A stretch of DNA of 64,000 bases, taken from Chloroflexota bacterium (lineage in GTDB: Bacteria > Chloroflexota > Anaerolineae > UBA1429). Location: assembly GCA_021372475.1 (NCBI GenBank), contig JAJFUJ010000139.1, positions 9,535 through 73,534 of the forward strand, given 5' to 3'. The notes beneath the pieces were generated by a model. The model was not told the origin of the DNA, did not search any database, and saw only the letters and a list, made by a program, of their open reading frames with translations. Within the stretch, counting starts at the first letter, position 1. Each line of letters begins with the position of its first letter. This document shows, piece by piece, positions 60,362 through 64,000 of the stretch. The position numbers and the translations under genes were made by a program.

Positions 60362-61636
60362 CTAATCCGTGCCTACGCGAAACACACGAAAGAACAGCGC
60401 AGTTACCCCTCTGAAAACAGCGATAATGTAGAAAGCGTTAACAATCCCCAGGCTGTCCGAAAGCAGCGTCCCAAGCATCGGGCCAATAAATGCGGCGCCG
60501 TTGGCCAATAGTGTATCTGCGGCAATGCAAGTCGCCTGCTGCCCTTGCGGGAGCACCTTGTAGAGGGTATTGCTGATAAATATGTTCATCGTAGCACTGA
60601 ATACGGCTGAACAAATAGCGGGTACGACCAGCATCTCCGGTGTATGCGCTAAGGCAGTAGTTATGGGGTATAACGCCGTTCCAAGCAGGGTTACCCACAG
60701 ATACTTTTTGAACACGGGACGGTTACAAAATCGCCCGAGCAAAAGATAAATCAAAACACTCAAACCGTTCTCCACCAGGATGAGCACACCAATCCAGGCA
60801 TCCGATGCCCCTATAACACGCACTTTGTAAATAACATACAACGCCTGAGGAGCTGCTATGGCCGTGCGGAATAGAAGAGTTACCCATGACCAGCGCCGAA
60901 ACTGGGGAGCTTCGTTGATAGTATTGAAAAGAGCGCGAAGAGAATAAGATCCCTTCGCCGTCTGGGGATTATCACCTTTGATATGAAGCTTGGAAAATAT
61001 ATAAATGCTGATTAAGCCCGCCACAAATCCTGATATAAATAATGCCTGGTAATTAAACGGATATGGCGTGCCACTCAACCATCTTCCAGAGAGAAAACCA
61101 ACAATACTGGCCACCAACCCGTTGACGGCCAAGCGGACACTCAGCATAAGTGGCCTTCGCTCTGCGCTGGTAGCCCGCCCTAGAATAGTCGTGACGGCTA
61201 CATTGCTAACCAGGCTGGGGAGCGCAATCATGGCATATGATGATACGAGTATGACGGCAGCGGCTTGTGGAGAGAATAACGGGAGGAAAGCGTACAGCCC
61301 GGTGGTTAGCCTGTAGATAAACCTGCCCCAGTTGGCAGTGCTAACGAGATTTGTCTGCTTTTGAACGTATATGCCAACCGGTATAGCAAAGACGATATTC
61401 ACTAATGCCGGCAAGGAACTAAAAGCGGTTATCAGCCAGGTACTGGCCCCGAGGCGTGTCAAAAATACACTCAGGTAAGCAAGGGAGCCGGCAGCAAGAA
61501 CCGATTGGAAAGCTACTTCCAGATAGAGGATGCGTTCATTGGGGGGGATTCCGCTGAATGTTCTTCCTGTCTTGAACAAGCGGTCAGACAGCGAAGTCGT
61601 AGGCCATCTCCGGCCTATTGTGGTATTGTCAGGCAT
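60362..61636 (-). CDS. MFS transporter
   Basis: Twelve predicted TM helices. Typical MFS loop motifs. Confidence 0.75.
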   Translation of the reverse strand: MPDNTTIGRRWPTTSLSDRLFKTGRTFSGIPPNERILYLEVAFQSVLAAGSLAYLSVFLTRLGASTWLITAFSSLPALVNIVFAIPVGIYVQKQTNLVSTANWGRFIYRLTTGLYAFLPLFSPQAAAVILVSSYAMIALPSLVSNVAVTTILGRATSAERRPLMLSVRLAVNGLVASIVGFLSGRWLSGTPYPFNYQALFISGFVAGLISIYIFSKLHIKGDNPQTAKGSYSLRALFNTINEAPQFRRWSWVTLLFRTAIAAPQALYVIYKVRVIGASDAWIGVLILVENGLSVLIYLLLGRFCNRPVFKKYLWVTLLGTALYPITTALAHTPEMLVVPAICSAVFSATMNIFISNTLYKVLPQGQQATCIAADTLLANGAAFIGPMLGTLLSDSLGIVNAFYIIAVFRGVTALFFRVFRVGTD

Positions 61637-61650
61637 GCATCGTCCGTATT

Positions 61651-62724
61651 TTATTCAAGTATATGTTGTAAAGTTAGGCGAATTACCTCACCTACCTGGC
61701 GTGTTGTGGCTGTGCCGCCGAGATCCGGGGTAAGTGTGGCGCCCTGCTCAGTGACCAGCTCAATCGCTTTCAAAATGTTAGCCGCGGTCTCAACCTGTCC
61801 CAAATGCTCAAGCATCATGGCTCCTGCCCATATAGCGGCAATTGGGTTGGCGATCCCCTTGCCTGCAATATCCGGAGCCGAGCCATGAACCGGCTCGAAA
61901 AGAGAAGGATAGCGCCTGGTTGGGTTTATGTTAGCGCTGGGCGGAATGCCAAGGCTGCCCTGTAGCGCACCGCCAAGGTCTGTCAGGATATCGCCGAAGA
62001 GATTCGATGCCACAACAACATCCAGCGATTCAGGGGCCGTGATAAACTTTGCCGCAAGAGCATCTACATGATATTGACGGCAGTTAACCGTTGGATATTC
62101 TCGGCTTAGCTGCAAAAATACCTCATCCCAAAACACCATGCTGTACTGAAGCGCATTCGATTTTGTCGCGCTGACCAGCTCGTGCCGCGGACGGCGCAAA
62201 GCTAACTCAAAGGCATAACGCAATACACGTTCTACGCCAGCCCGCGTGAAAACCGCAGTTTGAACGGCTACTTCCTCCCCAGTGCCGCGGTGCACGCGAC
62301 CGCCCACACCGCTGTATTCGCCCTCGGTATTTTCACGGATGCAGACAAAGTCGATAGCTTCGCTACCTTTGCGCAGCGGACCAGGAATGCCCTTGAGCAA
62401 CTTGACCGGGCGAAGGTTGATATACTGGTCGAACTGCTGCCGAATCGGCAGTAACAAACCCCACAAAGAGATATGATCCGGCACTGTCGGATAGCCGACC
62501 GCGCCAAAGAAAATAGCCTCGTAATCAGCTAGGATTGTCAAACCATCCGCGGGCATCATTATCCCGTGCTTGAGGTAATAATCACATCCCCATGGGAAGC
62601 TTTGGTATTTTAGGGAGAATCCGCCATGCAACTGGCTGGCAAGGTTGAGCACCTGAACAGCTTCATTGATTGTCTCGATGCCGATCCCATCACCAGGGAC
62701 CAACGCGATGCGATACTGGGTCAT
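61651..62724 (-). CDS. Isocitrate/isopropylmalate dehydrogenase-family enzyme (tartrate/D-malate dehydrogenase-like)
   Basis: YRIALVPGDGIGIE N-terminus and NLFGDILTDLGGALQGSLGI. Start placed at ATG 62724 with a GAGGTGG Shine-Dalgarno; the listed TTG start is at 62754. Confidence 0.8.
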   Translation of the reverse strand: MTQYRIALVPGDGIGIETINEAVQVLNLASQLHGGFSLKYQSFPWGCDYYLKHGIMMPADGLTILADYEAIFFGAVGYPTVPDHISLWGLLLPIRQQFDQYINLRPVKLLKGIPGPLRKGSEAIDFVCIRENTEGEYSGVGGRVHRGTGEEVAVQTAVFTRAGVERVLRYAFELALRRPRHELVSATKSNALQYSMVFWDEVFLQLSREYPTVNCRQYHVDALAAKFITAPESLDVVVASNLFGDILTDLGGALQGSLGIPPSANINPTRRYPSLFEPVHGSAPDIAGKGIANPIAAIWAGAMMLEHLGQVETAANILKAIELVTEQGATLTPDLGGTATTRQVGEVIRLTLQHILE

Positions 62725-62810
62725 CAGCCACCTCTGGGGAAGTTCTAGCGTCAACCGCTATCGAGCGCTTTCCAATGTGCCACAAGCTCAGGCGAATGTC
62801 AAGGCCGTTG

Positions 62811-63198
62811 AGGGTGTTGAAAAAGAGGTTCTGTCCTTATACTTGCCCACTGGGAACAGGAAGCGTCAGGGGCTGTCCGAAAAGTAACAATTTTCCTTTT
62901 TAGACAACTGATTGTAGGGCATACTTGCCAAAATAACGCGGAAAATGATAGTTGCGTGGAAGTTTACCTTCCAATAATAACGAAACTGAGTACATAAGTG
63001 GGAATAGGCTTTAGGGCTATCTGCTTTTTGGACAGCCCCTCCAGTATTAATCTGACATATAATGGAACATATCATATAATAACAGTAATAAAAGCAAGAC
63101 TCAAATGGATCCCTGCTTGCGCGGGAATGCTATGCGAGTTCAAGTTGGTCTTTTCAGACACTATGGTGTCTCCAACTGGATACTTTTTCCACACCCTC
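62811..63198 (+). mobile_element. Miniature inverted-repeat element, copy 2, carrying a nested 170-bp secondary inverted-repeat element (62870-63039)
   Basis: Outer TIRs GAGGGTGTTGAAAAAG ... CTTTTTCCACACCCTC. Perfect 7-bp direct repeat GGCCGTT at 62804-62810 and 63199-63205. The inner element has its own TIRs GGGGCTGTCCGAAAAG / CTTTTTGGACAGCCCC. Confidence 0.85.
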
Positions 63199-63285
63199 GG
63201 CCGTTGACACCTTCCGGGGTGGTTATATAATAGGAGACGAAAGACCTTGGAGAAATGTGTTCATGGAGGGATAGTCTAGAATAGC

Positions 63286-64000
63286 AATGGGTTGTAATCT
63301 GAACGATATGGCCCGTTTTATCGATGAAGCCACTCGCCGTTATCAGCTACTGGCAGCGGCCTCGGTGAATTATAACGATGAAGAACACCCCATCCCTGCT
63401 CGCGCATTAACCCCAAACCTGGAGAAGGCATGGCTGCGAGCTGCCGACATTTTTAACCGAGGTGAGGTTGTTAGCAGTATTGTAACCGGCTGGAACCGCG
63501 GCGGATTATTGGTCCGTTGGCAGGAATTGCAGGGCTTTGTGCCTGCCTCACAGCTCCGTGACATAACGGTTTTCGAATGCGACGAACCTCGTGCCGAAGT
63601 GCTTGCCGGCTGGGTTGGCAAAGAACTAGCCCTTAAGATAATCGAATTGGATAAGGAACGCAATCGGTTGGTCTTTTCTGAACGAGCCACCTCTTGGGGT
63701 CCGCATGATGGTGAATTACTTTTATCACAGATAAAGCCTGGTGAAACGCGCAGCGGGCAGGTCAGCAACTTGTGCGATTTTGGCGCTTTCATCGATTTGG
63801 GCGGTATTGACGGCTTAGTTCATCTCTCTGAGCTTTCGTGGCGGAGGATTACTCACCCGCGTGAACTTTTAGCAATCGGTCAGCAAGTACAGGTTTATGT
63901 CATCGATGTTGATCGCGCCCATCATCGCGTTGCCTTGAGCCTCAAACGCCTGCATCCCAATCCCTGGTCAATCGTGGATACAAAATACGCAGTTGGCCAG
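63286..64000 (+). CDS. S1 RNA-binding-domain protein (S1-like; 5' partial, continues beyond the window)
   Basis: Open frame-1 reading frame to the window end, not in the ORF track. Two S1 modules are visible (GEVVSSIVTGWNRGGLLVRW; GQVSNLCDFGAFIDLGGIDGLVHLSELSW). Confidence 0.7.

Noticed and set aside
63370-63792. 140-aa minus-strand ORF
   Set aside because: It is antisense to a plus-strand S1-domain gene that is open to the window end and has clear S1 motifs.
1-64000. CRISPR arrays, rRNA genes
   Set aside because: No regularly spaced short direct repeats and no rRNA-like conserved segments were seen. The only repeat families are the MITEs and the tRNA-Arg half.

Overview
This is a 64-kb, GC-rich (about 55–60%) bacterial chromosomal segment with densely packed genes on both strands and frequent GTG/TTG start codons. 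The replication genes (DnaB helicase, a DnaD-like protein, a DnaI-like loader) and the cdaA–cdaR pair suggest a monoderm or Chloroflexi-like lineage; I cannot place it more precisely without a database search. Most of the content is housekeeping. The translation-related genes are sigA, rimO, der, rpsA, rpsF–rpsR, relA/spoT, serS with three tRNAs, and trpS behind a T-box leader. The central-metabolism genes are argF, tkt and an IDH/IPMDH-family dehydrogenase. There is a dnaB–dnaD-like–dnaI-like replication operon and a c-di-AMP module (cdaA–cdaR). Several things are less ordinary. (1) The helicase-loader gene encodes two complete DnaC/DnaI-type AAA+ modules in tandem behind one zinc ribbon. (2) A roughly 230-bp miniature inverted-repeat element family has three copies, all in divergent promoter regions; one copy carries a nested second small inverted-repeat element and is flanked by a perfect 7-bp direct repeat. 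(3) The 3' 45 nt of tRNA-Arg(ACG) is repeated 1.35 kb downstream, bracketing an islet with a single Trp/Cys-rich orphan ORF and no integrase. (4) An IS256-family transposase C-terminal remnant sits in an AT-rich scar. (5) There is a ParB/Srx-like domain fused to tandem universal-stress-protein domains, an NB-ARC/STAND-type NTPase with TPR repeats (991 aa), a possible TIR-like small protein, and an unlisted 51-aa membrane ORF with a strong RBS. I found no CRISPR array, rRNA or intact transposase.
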